Origin: a virus
Taxonomy: Duplodnaviria > Caudoviricetes
Strand: one strand, 5' to 3'
Length of the DNA stretch: 52,797 bases
IMG/VR virus record: IMGVR_UViG_3300023179_000145
Coordinates: 1 to 52,797 of that record
The notes below the pieces were generated by a model. The model did no database searches, was not told the DNA's origin, and worked only from the letters and a program-made list of their open reading frames with translations. Below are positions 19,213 to 28,115 of this stretch, in pieces (the first letter of the stretch is position 1; each line of letters begins with the position of its first letter). Both the position numbers and the translations under genes were made by a program.

Positions 19213-19590
19213 ATGGGCAGAGACTTATTTCAAACACTTGCAGACAAATATCCGTTTATAACGCTATGTGTGTACGCTACCAATGAATATGTGGGTATTG
19301 TACAGAATAGAGATGATATAATCACCACTATCTATGATTTTGGAAACGTTAAGGATCTAGATCAGAAACGTAGATATTTGGACTTGGCCAACACCTGGTG
19401 GTGGGAGTCCAATCGCAGCATACCTATCAATATATTCCTACGTGGTGAATGGGATGAGTTCCGCAGTTGTTTACGAACGTTTGTGAATAAAGATTTGGAA
19501 ATACTGCATGGCCCTGTATGCAGCTTGAACGATATTGCTCGTAGAAAAGGCAAACGCAAATCAATTACCTTGGTCAGGCGAATTGAGTAA
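19213..19590 (+). CDS. Hypothetical phage protein
   Basis: Fills the gap between minus-strand genes; WWWESNR..PINIFL; TATAAATA upstream. Confidence 0.75.
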   Translation: MGRDLFQTLADKYPFITLCVYATNEYVGIVQNRDDIITTIYDFGNVKDLDQKRRYLDLANTWWWESNRSIPINIFLRGEWDEFRSCLRTFVNKDLEILHGPVCSLNDIARRKGKRKSITLVRRIE

Positions 19591-20130
19591 ATTCATATGC
19601 AACGACACCAAGGCTGCATATCCAAGTGAGTGTGCTTTCTTGAATACATAGCCTCTACTGTCATCGCCATCCCAGACTGATCGAAACACATCGGGCCAAG
19701 ATTGGTTCTGCAAGTGTGCTTTTCCCGGACGTATTACCGAGATAAATGCTGCCATTCTAGTAATTGAATCGGGCCGCATACTTTTCAATAACTCAGTATA
19801 GTTGCCAATATGAACTAGTTGTTTGGCCCAGTCTTGGTCTTTCCACAATCTATCCCAAGGCGGTATAGCTGCCAGCATGAGTTCATAATGTGCAGGATCA
19901 CGAATCAAACTATAAACGCTCATATTTAACAAGTCAATCTTGAAGTAACCACGAGATTCAGCTGTTTCATAATCTAAGGCTGCACAACCTAGCACAGGAT
20001 CACGTGGTATGTCAGTGACGTAGATGCCTGAGTTGTGTTTCTTTCCATTACTTTGCCGTGCTGCTGTGTGCTGGATCAACGCCAGCACAGCATCTCTGTT
20101 GGGCACGTCAATGTCAATGTCTGCGCTCAT
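19561..20130 (-). CDS. Minimal DnaE (Pol III alpha, family C) palm-like protein
   Basis: DIDID, HNSGIYV, GYFKIDLL, IRPG and YVFKKAH occur in DnaE order within 189 aa. Confidence 0.8.
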   Translation of the reverse strand: MSADIDIDVPNRDAVLALIQHTAARQSNGKKHNSGIYVTDIPRDPVLGCAALDYETAESRGYFKIDLLNMSVYSLIRDPAHYELMLAAIPPWDRLWKDQDWAKQLVHIGNYTELLKSMRPDSITRMAAFISVIRPGKAHLQNQSWPDVFRSVWDGDDSRGYVFKKAHSLGYAALVSLHMNLLNSPDQGN

Positions 20131-20477
20131 ACTTTTATCAATGCTGCGGTCATGCGCAGTTGTTCTTGTGCTAGTTCCACAGCTTTCACTAGGTCAGCAA
20201 TTGCAGGATGCTGCTGTGCCAATCGATGCATTTCTTGTTCTTCTTGCATTTTCTGAGCTGCCCAGTCTATGGCCGATTGATATTTTGGGATGAGACTCAC
20301 ACTTGCATGACTGGTGGGTATGTGTTTCCATCCAGCATTGTCAAATACTTCCAATAAATTACCATTGACTCTTATCATGCCTTGCATGGGATTTTGTGTG
20401 TTTTGTGTTACATACGGTAAACTGGTGTCAGCACCAGTTACTTGTACATACGCATCGCCCATTAGTCCTTTGATCAT
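20127..20477 (-). CDS. Hypothetical protein
   Basis: Stop overlaps the downstream start. Confidence 0.7.
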   Translation of the reverse strand: MIKGLMGDAYVQVTGADTSLPYVTQNTQNPMQGMIRVNGNLLEVFDNAGWKHIPTSHASVSLIPKYQSAIDWAAQKMQEEQEMHRLAQQHPAIADLVKAVELAQEQLRMTAALIKV

Positions 20478-20651
20478 GATGTGCTCAACTCCAATATAGA
20501 TTGTTCAAATTGTCTAAACCCAGCATCTATAATTCGATTCAAATTTAAAAAATTAGATCTATTTTTTCAATGCAATTAACTTTAATGCAGATCTGATATT
20601 GACTCATAAAATCATCTACAAAATTGATTGGATTAATTTCTAATTTTTTCA

Positions 20652-21344
20652 TCACCATCCTGCTTGTGTTAAAATTTCTTGTGCATACGCCTGATCTGCC
20701 GGGTAATCCACAAACTTCTTTTGCCATATATCTGAATCAATATAAGGCCATATCATAGCCACTTGTTCTGCATTGAGCTCGTTCAGGAACTTCTGTCCAG
20801 ATTCTGAATTGTAAATCACCCAGGCACTTATCCTACCTGTGGTAATTGCATAGCATGTGGCATTTGCACTGCCATATCTCAAACAATCATGTGACGGAGC
20901 ATTTTGCTTTTCGCTCCAGTTTATTCCGTATTCAATAGCACGAGCCAATGCATCATCTACAGCTTCTCTCTGCACATATTCCACAAGATACTCTGTGTAT
21001 AGTCGATCACTGCACCAGTTGTCAATTTTCTTGTTGTTCTTCAACAACCACTCTAGTAAACGCACAGGGTTTATTACCTTGACATCTACGCAATATCTAC
21101 CCCATTTTACAAAAGCACGATAATAAGGTGACGTGGCAAAGTCTTCCCAAGTCTTGACTTTGTCTGATCCTTGTGTGTATTCGTAGAACTTCAAGTAGCC
21201 TTGCAGTCCTAGCTGTACACCACGTTCTGAAGATTCTTGATAGCGTTTTTTCTGTTCGCAAACATGCACACTCAGTGTGGATTCCCGGCTGAATGATCGA
21301 GCACAATACCTGCATGTGAAGTTACTTGTCGTTGCCATGGTCAC
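20652..21344 (-). CDS. Hypothetical protein with an N-terminal Zn finger
   Basis: CRYC...HVC; operon packing. Confidence 0.75.
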   Translation of the reverse strand: MTMATTSNFTCRYCARSFSRESTLSVHVCEQKKRYQESSERGVQLGLQGYLKFYEYTQGSDKVKTWEDFATSPYYRAFVKWGRYCVDVKVINPVRLLEWLLKNNKKIDNWCSDRLYTEYLVEYVQREAVDDALARAIEYGINWSEKQNAPSHDCLRYGSANATCYAITTGRISAWVIYNSESGQKFLNELNAEQVAMIWPYIDSDIWQKKFVDYPADQAYAQEILTQAGW

Positions 21345-21762
21345 GTATGAGTTGTGTGACTTCTTTCTTGGTGGTCATGGTGGCCATCAAATCAATCTCA
21401 TCTTCTCGAAAATGCGGGTACAGTTCCCTCAATTGCTTTTTTAGTGCAGAGTCGCCGCCTTCTTTCTTTTTAAGTGAAATCCAATCATGCCGCATAGCGC
21501 CCAGTCCTGGGCTGGCTGCTGTGGCCATGAGCCATTGCAGTTTGGGATGCCGATGCATGGTAAAAAAGTGCTTGTTGAGATAATGATTCACACTCTGCAC
21601 ATAGTATTCTTGTAGTTCCCGACTGCCGCTCACTGTGCTGCCCCAACGTACCATAAGGAATGTGCTAAACTTCCGGCGTTCTTCTGGTGTGAGTTCATCA
21701 TAGAATGCTCGATTCTTTGCATCCATCTGCTGCATCTCATTGCTGATGTGTAGTTTATCCAT
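21322..21762 (-). CDS. Probable clamp-loader small subunit (gp62-like)
   Basis: FSTFLMVRW...N...HPKLQW...HDWI pattern; start MDKL; sigma70 promoter upstream. Confidence 0.6.
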   Translation of the reverse strand: MDKLHISNEMQQMDAKNRAFYDELTPEERRKFSTFLMVRWGSTVSGSRELQEYYVQSVNHYLNKHFFTMHRHPKLQWLMATAASPGLGAMRHDWISLKKKEGGDSALKKQLRELYPHFREDEIDLMATMTTKKEVTQLIRDHGNDK

Positions 21763-22001
21763 TACGTTGTCTTGGTCAAATGATAGATCATTATAGCATG
21801 GTCTAACACATCTTGTAAAGCAGGATTGGTTTCGGCTGCTCGACGTATGTTGCCCCACAGCTTATGTTCTAAAATATGTTCGTGTAATGGCCGGCCATCC
21901 GATGTGCGTGGATCATAAGTTTTAATTAACTCACGCTGATCTGCACCTGACTCACGAGAGTACACAGTATTACCACCGTCGGGACTTTCAAATATTGGCA
22001 T
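21762..22001 (-). CDS. Hypothetical protein
   Basis: IFESPDGGNTVY; stop overlaps the next start. Confidence 0.7.
   Translation of the reverse strand: MPIFESPDGGNTVYSRESGADQRELIKTYDPRTSDGRPLHEHILEHKLWGNIRRAAETNPALQDVLDHAIMIYHLTKTT
21790..21818 (-). promoter_or_regulatory. Sigma70-type promoter
   Basis: TTACAA-17nt-TATAAT with extended TG. Confidence 0.55.
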
Positions 22002-22005
22002 TGTG

Positions 22006-22812
22006 TTAGTACAACAAAGTCATGGCGTCTTTGAAATCCAAAGTTGCTCCATTGGAGCGCCATTGTTCGGCAATCAACCGATGCGACCAGTACTGTGCAT
22101 CATTTACGTCAACACCTTTGTTTTCAAAAGTAGTGCCAAGATTGGAATTTTCAACTAACATTGGAAAATTATAAATTCCCCCCCACGCACTCCCCGATTG
22201 CAAATACAGCAAATTTTCTACAATAGGCATGAGCACAACTCCGTCTACGTCGATATTATCTAAACGATAGCCGTTATAGCCAAAACACACTTTGTCCAAT
22301 AGAAGTTTAACATAAGAGCGGCGGAGCAACGCATATGATCCCCACCAGCGTCCACGAGCGAGCTGGAGCGTTAATATTGGCTCTCCGGCTGGGTTACAAT
22401 AAGGCATCAGGACTCTGGTCAATTGAACTACATTCCACCCTTCAGGAAGATTGTTTACAAACTCGTCCCAGGTGAAATTCCAATGCTTTATGCTTTCAAA
22501 ACTCACATCATCTTCACAAAAAATTGCATATTCTTCATCGGTGGATACGTACCAATTTCTCAAAAGATTTATGTGAGAGATTATGGTTCCCATCTGTCTG
22601 CAAACATCGGGCGTGAATGATCCTGAACCTGTTACCTGAACATAATTGGAAATTTTATTAAATCGTTCAGTGAGATACACATTTGTTTTTGTAATGCCAT
22701 ACTGATCAAATTGATCTTGCATGAATTTTCTACGATCCGTACTTTCACGTAAACTGGTGTAGTTCACCGAAGGAAAGTTTTTGAGTTTTTCTTCAATGGT
22801 TAATTCTGCCAT
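22006..22812 (-). CDS. Glycosyltransferase family 25-like
   Basis: SL..S.DRR, SHINL, IFCEDD, LPEGWNVVQL. Confidence 0.8.
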   Translation of the reverse strand: MAELTIEEKLKNFPSVNYTSLRESTDRRKFMQDQFDQYGITKTNVYLTERFNKISNYVQVTGSGSFTPDVCRQMGTIISHINLLRNWYVSTDEEYAIFCEDDVSFESIKHWNFTWDEFVNNLPEGWNVVQLTRVLMPYCNPAGEPILTLQLARGRWWGSYALLRRSYVKLLLDKVCFGYNGYRLDNIDVDGVVLMPIVENLLYLQSGSAWGGIYNFPMLVENSNLGTTFENKGVDVNDAQYWSHRLIAEQWRSNGATLDFKDAMTLLY

Positions 22813-22815
22813 AAT

Positions 22816-23316
22816 TTACCAAGCCTTGTTGTAGTCCACAATTTCACAGTTACGACTAACGTCTTTGACAAAATACACACAGTCTGGTTGTGGTGCATCA
22901 TTGATAGGTACGCACAACATCTGCCCATTTTTTAGCTTGGGTGCATACCATGCTACTTCTTGATACACATCCACAATTTCAATAGGAGGAAAACTTGGGC
23001 GGAAACTGCTTAAAGGATTGAATTGAAACAGTTTAAATCCACGATCATTGATACTGGTCAGTGGTAACATTTCTAAGTCACCCACATCAGGTTCTCCTAT
23101 CAACACTTGCCAGTCCATGGGCATTTTGATTCTTGCATCACCTATCTGCAATACCAGTGCAGGTGAATTAAAACTTTCAAGAAAAATCAAAGGTATGTAA
23201 TGATAGTCAGGATTGGCTGGATCTGAATTATCTAATATGGCAAATCTCATGTCATCTACTTCTTCAGGTAAATGTGTGAGATCATAGGGTTTGTTGTCTA
23301 ATGTCAATATACGCAT
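22816..23316 (-). CDS. Hypothetical protein downstream of uvsW
   Basis: Own sigma70 promoter, TTGCAA-17-TACAAT at 23323-23351. Confidence 0.75.
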   Translation of the reverse strand: MRILTLDNKPYDLTHLPEEVDDMRFAILDNSDPANPDYHYIPLIFLESFNSPALVLQIGDARIKMPMDWQVLIGEPDVGDLEMLPLTSINDRGFKLFQFNPLSSFRPSFPPIEIVDVYQEVAWYAPKLKNGQMLCVPINDAPQPDCVYFVKDVSRNCEIVDYNKAW

Positions 23317-23353
23317 GAATTTATTGTACTATATTTTTTACAAAATTGCAACC

Positions 23354-24196
23354 TCATTGCCATTGTAATTTTTCCTGAGTATAAGGATACTCAGCATCAT
23401 TATAGTAGGCCTTGCGTTTGGCCAAATGCCGCTTGCTGAATTTACAAGTGCTGGTGATATCCCAAATCTGCACATGATCTTTGTCCTCAGCTTTTCTAAT
23501 ACCACGCCCGATTGATTGAATTACTCGGGTGAAACTTTTGCCTGACTCAATCATGACCAAGTTAAAGATACGTGGTATGTTGATACCAACTGCTGCCACA
23601 CCATATGTGGCCACAATGATTTTGCCAGTGGCAGTGGCCACTTCGTCGTATTCTTCTTGGCGTTTAGCGCCTTTGGTTGCACCCGATACAAATACTGCTT
23701 GATCTCCCAATCTTGCAACTAGTTCATGCCCGGGTGCTACTCGATCTACCAGCACAAGAGTATTACCAGTTTCATTCACTTGTAAAACCAACTGGGCTAT
23801 GGCATCTAATCTGCCGGGTTCTTCCAGTAGATATTTTAGTTCTTCTTGATAAGTTTTGTGCTCTCGAATGTCTACCAACTGCACCACATTCACGTGACAC
23901 TGTGCCAATACACCACGATCTTGCAATTCACTTGCTGCTAGTTTTGAAATAACTGGTCCCAGACTTACCAACAATGCTTGGCTTTCAAATTCTTCTTTGG
24001 GAATAGTTCCGGTCAATCCCCATCTTAGGGGAATCTGACACATGGCACCCGTCAGCAGGGTCTTGAGTGCGTCGGCCTTGGCCATGTGGCAATTTGCCAC
24101 AACAGCTCCTTCAACAATATAATTATGATCATTTTCTATGTGTAAGTTGTACACTTCTGTTGGTTTGATAATTTCGGTTCGGTCAATTAGTTTCAT
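23354..24196 (-). CDS. uvsW: UvsW piece 3: split-intein C-fragment 2 (35 aa, 24092-24196) plus helicase C-terminal 245 aa
   Basis: VYNLHIENDHNYIVEGAVVAN|CHMAKA...GLTGT...GINIP...QSIGRGIR. Confidence 0.94.
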   Translation of the reverse strand: MKLIDRTEIIKPTEVYNLHIENDHNYIVEGAVVANCHMAKADALKTLLTGAMCQIPLRWGLTGTIPKEEFESQALLVSLGPVISKLAASELQDRGVLAQCHVNVVQLVDIREHKTYQEELKYLLEEPGRLDAIAQLVLQVNETGNTLVLVDRVAPGHELVARLGDQAVFVSGATKGAKRQEEYDEVATATGKIIVATYGVAAVGINIPRIFNLVMIESGKSFTRVIQSIGRGIRKAEDKDHVQIWDITSTCKFSKRHLAKRKAYYNDAEYPYTQEKLQWQ

Positions 24197-25091
24197 ATAA
24201 TGCCTTTATTTTTTTTGCTGTTTTATCGTCAAATCGATTATAATCAATATCCATAATCTGAGCTTGTAACCATTCTTTGTCAACTAATAATACAGTGTAT
24301 CTGTTATTTTTTGCCCATTCATTGAGAGCATGCATTTTTGCAGTAAACTTTTCACCCAAACATAATTCTCTCGGTTTAACTTCTATAACTTGTTTGTTAT
24401 GATGATCCACAAAGTCCACAATATACACATGATTCTCAGAATTCAGTTCATATTTTATTCTCAGTAATTCATATTCTGCAAATTCATTGATATATTGATA
24501 CAATGCCTCCCAACTCGATCTGTAGGCCGTTCCGTCTAATGTTGCATCCCAGTGTGTGTTTCTATTATTACTGTTGGGCGTAAATGTTCCGGCTAATATC
24601 TTGGATTTCATAATTTGCGATCGCATTTCTTTATCAGCATCAGACATTTTAACACCGTACATTCCATTTCCAGGGCCGGAATTTTTTAGACTGATTTTAT
24701 TTTTAACTATTTGAGTCAGATGAGCGCGAGTTCCTATGTTTTGACCCTTTGTTCCGATATTCCACGGTGTACCAGTATTGAGATTTTTTTTAATAGCATT
24801 GCCATGTTTTTTCTGTACAGCCCGGCCGCCAATGGCCGATAGCATTGCTCTAATTTCTTGTTCTGTTACATTACCACATAACAATTTGTCAATATTAGTA
24901 ACCCATAACTCTGTTTTGCTGTTTGTTATTCTCTTGACAAATCTATGTTTTTCGTTGTTGGTCAATGTGATTCCAGTTGATAGTGTTATACTATTACCAG
25001 AATAATTTGTAATACGAATCAATTGCCCGTTCTTTTTCAATATTTCATTTAATATATCTATCATTTGCTGAACAGTCTTTTTCATAAACAC
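24183..25091 (-). CDS. Putative homing endonuclease (TnsA-N-like PD-(D/E)XK) inside the second uvsW split intein
   Basis: YRSSWE...YIVDF...IEVKP; PWN and GNGMYG NUMOD-like motifs. Confidence 0.85.
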   Translation of the reverse strand: MFMKKTVQQMIDILNEILKKNGQLIRITNYSGNSITLSTGITLTNNEKHRFVKRITNSKTELWVTNIDKLLCGNVTEQEIRAMLSAIGGRAVQKKHGNAIKKNLNTGTPWNIGTKGQNIGTRAHLTQIVKNKISLKNSGPGNGMYGVKMSDADKEMRSQIMKSKILAGTFTPNSNNRNTHWDATLDGTAYRSSWEALYQYINEFAEYELLRIKYELNSENHVYIVDFVDHHNKQVIEVKPRELCLGEKFTAKMHALNEWAKNNRYTVLLVDKEWLQAQIMDIDYNRFDDKTAKKIKALYETN

Positions 25092-25112
25092 CTTTGCTTT
25101 AGTTATATGTAT

Positions 25113-26084
25113 TTATGTTTTATTTATGATTTCGTGTGCATTGGTCAATTCATCTGCTCTCACCCATCCAGTATCAGTTAGAAACTTATGATTTCCGGTG
25201 ACTAGTATTTTATTCCCATTGTCAAACTCTAGCTCATACATTTTTTCACTGGAGGATTTAGCTAAATTCACATGCTGTTTAACCACAATATCAATCTTAA
25301 ATTCTTTTGTAGTTTCAGAATAGTTGATAACTTTGTCACCTGATTTAATATCTCTAATAGGCACATATCCAGTTGGAGTTAACACCCTGCTATCTGCCGA
25401 AAAACATTCATCCACAATCACACAAACAACATCTGTCAGGAATTCCTGTATGGTACAATCACCCACACCATTCTTGGTATTCTTCATGAGATTGTTCAGG
25501 CTTTGCCACGTGCATATGGTATGACTACGACCATATTCTTTTCTATCTCCGAAGTACACGCCTACATCCAACTCCATGTTGATATAATCTTTTTCTGTTT
25601 GTGTGACCAAGCTCTTGTTGGGCACAATCACAATACTGCGACCATACTTACTAACTGCGTCACTGAGTGCTGCTGTCATGATGGTGTTGTGGTGAATCAC
25701 CCCATCCATATCATAATAAAGGTGTGGCGAATCTATTCCTATATCATAAAATGTGGTATCAGGTATTTCGTAAATGGCATCTATAGTAACGTCTCCGTTG
25801 ATGGTTTCAATTTTTTCACCCACACATAAATCAAAAGCAAAAACGTCCCTGCCATTCTGTCGCAGAATATGCTTAGTGGCACACTTAATTTCTATTCCCG
25901 TAGACGTAACCAATTTAATTCCAGAAAGATTTTCTTTCTTGATTATATGGTTAATCCGAGACGATCCTGTAGGGGTATCTATATAACAACCCAAATCTGC
26001 TATATCGATCTCTTGATTGTGCTGTAGTTTTATATTTTTATACTCCTCTACTGCCGTTGCCAATTGTCCAATACTAATCTTCAT
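25113..26084 (-). CDS. uvsW: UvsW piece 2: IntC1 (133 aa, 25686-26084), 93-aa extein (25407-25685), IntN2 (97 aa, 25113-25406)
   Basis: ...FYDIGIDSPHLYYDMDGVIHHN|TIMTAAL...VIVPNKSLVTQ...VIVDE|CFSADS...VTGNHKFLT. Confidence 0.94.
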   Translation of the reverse strand: MKISIGQLATAVEEYKNIKLQHNQEIDIADLGCYIDTPTGSSRINHIIKKENLSGIKLVTSTGIEIKCATKHILRQNGRDVFAFDLCVGEKIETINGDVTIDAIYEIPDTTFYDIGIDSPHLYYDMDGVIHHNTIMTAALSDAVSKYGRSIVIVPNKSLVTQTEKDYINMELDVGVYFGDRKEYGRSHTICTWQSLNNLMKNTKNGVGDCTIQEFLTDVVCVIVDECFSADSRVLTPTGYVPIRDIKSGDKVINYSETTKEFKIDIVVKQHVNLAKSSSEKMYELEFDNGNKILVTGNHKFLTDTGWVRADELTNAHEIINKT

Positions 26085-27093
26085 TTAAAAACTTTCTACA
26101 TTTGTTAATGATTTCATCAGGGTTTTCTCTGTAATCCTTTTCTGAGATACGTAATATCGTAAATCCGGCTGCTTCCAAATCCCTCATTTTTCTTTGATCC
26201 TGTTCCCATATTTCAGCAACCGGTCTATTTCGAAGTATATCGGTTGCTTTATACAAAGCAGGATTGGCATGCCAATAATCGCCATCAAATTCAATTATTT
26301 TTCGAGTTTCAGAATCGTAATAATCAATGCGATATGTTTTTGATTTACCACGCACAGTAGTTTCATCGTCTCCGTATCTACCTTTACCGCCAACAGCATT
26401 GAATAATTCAGTTGAGACTTTGCTAATACCCAAAGTTAGCTTCGACATCTTGTTGAGCCATTTTTCTATCCTGGTGTTATACTTCAACGTACCGTCAACT
26501 TCTCCGTACTTCTCTATATACCAACTTAGCCCATTTGTAACTTGCATCTCTGCTACTTTCTGACACGCATTGGCATCTGAATATCCTTTTTTAATCCAAT
26601 ATTCTTTAGTTCTAACAGAAAATCCACGAGCACCTTTTTTTGAAGCCGGGGACTTTGCTGATCGAGTTTGTTGAATTGCTGATACCTTTTTGTTTGCCTC
26701 TTCTTTGGTAAAGCCAGCTGCTAACCAAAATTGCCGATTATTTGTAAATTTTCTTGTTTTGTGCTTTGAAAATGTTGTTAAAATATGATTGGCTTCATCT
26801 TGAGAAAATAATGTAGTTAACTTCTGCACCGTAGCATAGTTCTTACTGTCGGCAGAACATCCACAAGTGTTCACAATAAACTCGTTTTTACGAAACCCGA
26901 CGGGCAATGTCAAATGACATTTTAAGCAGTGTCTAGACTGAACTTCAAACTTGTTAAGTCCACTGTATGGCATATAATATACCTTATCTCCGTTGAATTG
27001 TATCAAATCCCATATGTCTAAATCAAGATTTTTTCTTGAGATCATCGAAGACCACATTTTTCTTTGGTATTTTTTAATAAATTCTTGTAACAT
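26074..27093 (-). CDS. Putative homing endonuclease (Vsr/DUF559-like) inside the first uvsW split intein
   Basis: IDY...IIEFDGDYWHANP...LRISE; YWIKKGY and YIEKYGEVDG repeats. Confidence 0.85.
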   Translation of the reverse strand: MLQEFIKKYQRKMWSSMISRKNLDLDIWDLIQFNGDKVYYMPYSGLNKFEVQSRHCLKCHLTLPVGFRKNEFIVNTCGCSADSKNYATVQKLTTLFSQDEANHILTTFSKHKTRKFTNNRQFWLAAGFTKEEANKKVSAIQQTRSAKSPASKKGARGFSVRTKEYWIKKGYSDANACQKVAEMQVTNGLSWYIEKYGEVDGTLKYNTRIEKWLNKMSKLTLGISKVSTELFNAVGGKGRYGDDETTVRGKSKTYRIDYYDSETRKIIEFDGDYWHANPALYKATDILRNRPVAEIWEQDQRKMRDLEAAGFTILRISEKDYRENPDEIINKCRKFLNED

Positions 27094-27110
27094 AGTTTTT
27101 GCTCCTGTAG

Positions 27111-27641
27111 CTATTTTCTATATTTATTTATTAAAAATCCTCCAAAACTTGAGTTTTCGGATACTGCGATATTAAGCAGGGTGTCAAATGTAACACACTT
27201 ACCCGCTCCAGTGGCCACTTCTTGTAGACACTGTGGGTTGGCTAGAAAATTGTTGATGATTTCTACTTGATAATCACGCAGCTCAATAGGCTTGCCTGCC
27301 AGTGGGTGTTTAACAGGCCAGATCTTGTGGGCATAAGTCTGTTCGTGTACTTGATCAAACTCAAATGTGGTTGTGTATGCGCGTTGATCATCCAGCTCAA
27401 CATCATAATTATGTTTGTCTAGTATGGGCAAGATCTCTGGCAATAGATTCACATAGGTGCTGCCGCTCAGTTGAAAGTATGCTACCTTGCCGTCCCAACG
27501 GCCAAGTCTCACTGCTGGCAGATAACGTGCGTAAGGTACATCGTATTTGAATTTTTTTACCAGATCTCGTCGAGTGTCAAGATCTAGCCCTTCAATTTTG
27601 ATATTGACTTCGTCACTTAGTTTAATTGTGCATTTTTTCAT
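27111..27641 (-). CDS. uvsW: UvsW piece 1: 148-aa N-extein plus a 28-aa split-intein N-fragment (27111-27197)
   Basis: GRWDGK, LRDYQ, ATGAGK|CVTFDTLLNI. Start MKKC placed from the promoter position. Confidence 0.93.
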   Translation of the reverse strand: MKKCTIKLSDEVNIKIEGLDLDTRRDLVKKFKYDVPYARYLPAVRLGRWDGKVAYFQLSGSTYVNLLPEILPILDKHNYDVELDDQRAYTTTFEFDQVHEQTYAHKIWPVKHPLAGKPIELRDYQVEIINNFLANPQCLQEVATGAGKCVTFDTLLNIAVSENSSFGGFLINKYRK

Positions 27642-27648
27642 ACAGTAT

Positions 27649-27677
27649 ATAGTAACACACTTGAATGCCATAGTCAA
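27649..27677 (-). promoter_or_regulatory. Sigma70-type promoter for uvsW
   Basis: TTGACT-17nt-TACTAT. Confidence 0.65.
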
Positions 27678-27707
27678 AAAAACAGGCACCAAAGTGCCTG
27701 TATAAAA
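27676..27707 (-). terminator. Rho-independent terminator
   Basis: Stem acaggcac-caaa-gtgcctgt with a T-run on the minus strand. Confidence 0.75.
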
Positions 27708-27762
27708 GAGTCGTTGGGCTAGAAATCCATTGGCGACTCTGTTTCTGGGAGAGCCAGAAATT

Positions 27763-27870
27763 TTATTTGGATTTGTCTCGAATTTGAAATCCAGCTTCTT
27801 CAGCTTCGTCAGCCTCGTATTTGGTATCTACTGAATACAAAAACAAATCACCGTCCCAAATCTCGTACAT
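27763..27870 (-). CDS. Small acidic hypothetical protein (35 aa)
   Basis: Hand-translated MYEIWDGDLFLYSVDTKYEADEAEEAGFQIRDKSK; AAGGA RBS. Confidence 0.6.
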   Translation of the reverse strand: MYEIWDGDLFLYSVDTKYEADEAEEAGFQIRDKSK

Positions 27871-27879
27871 GTTGTTTCC

Positions 27880-28029
27880 TTAAAAAATAAAAAGTAGCAC
27901 CTTACTCAACGAGCAGGCACTGGCTACCAAACACAACCATCCCAAAAATTTATTACCACCATCAAAACTGATCTTTGAAAGGAATGCATTGCCTAGCATC
28001 CACAAAATTTGTTCAACTGCTTGATTCAT
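27880..28029 (-). CDS. Small membrane protein (49 aa)
   Basis: Hand-translated MNQAVEQILWMLGNAFLSK...FLGWLCLVASACSLSKVLLLFF; abuts its neighbours. Confidence 0.55.
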   Translation of the reverse strand: MNQAVEQILWMLGNAFLSKISFDGGNKFLGWLCLVASACSLSKVLLFIF

Positions 28030-28030
28030 A

Positions 28031-28114
28031 TTACATCACAATCATCAGGACTATAAACGCTGCCAACCATGGGTAGCCGCAACACAATGCTGCAATAGCA
28101 GCTACCCAGGCCAT
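28031..28114 (-). CDS. Small membrane peptide (27 aa)
   Basis: MAWVAAIAALCCGYPWLAAFIVLMIVM; starts 1 nt after the stranded ATPase stop codon. Confidence 0.5.
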   Translation of the reverse strand: MAWVAAIAALCCGYPWLAAFIVLMIVM

Positions 28115-28115
28115 G

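Noticed and set aside
20474-20652. Intact small gene
   Set aside because: AT-rich ORF broken at a T-run; a remnant or error with no recognisable function.
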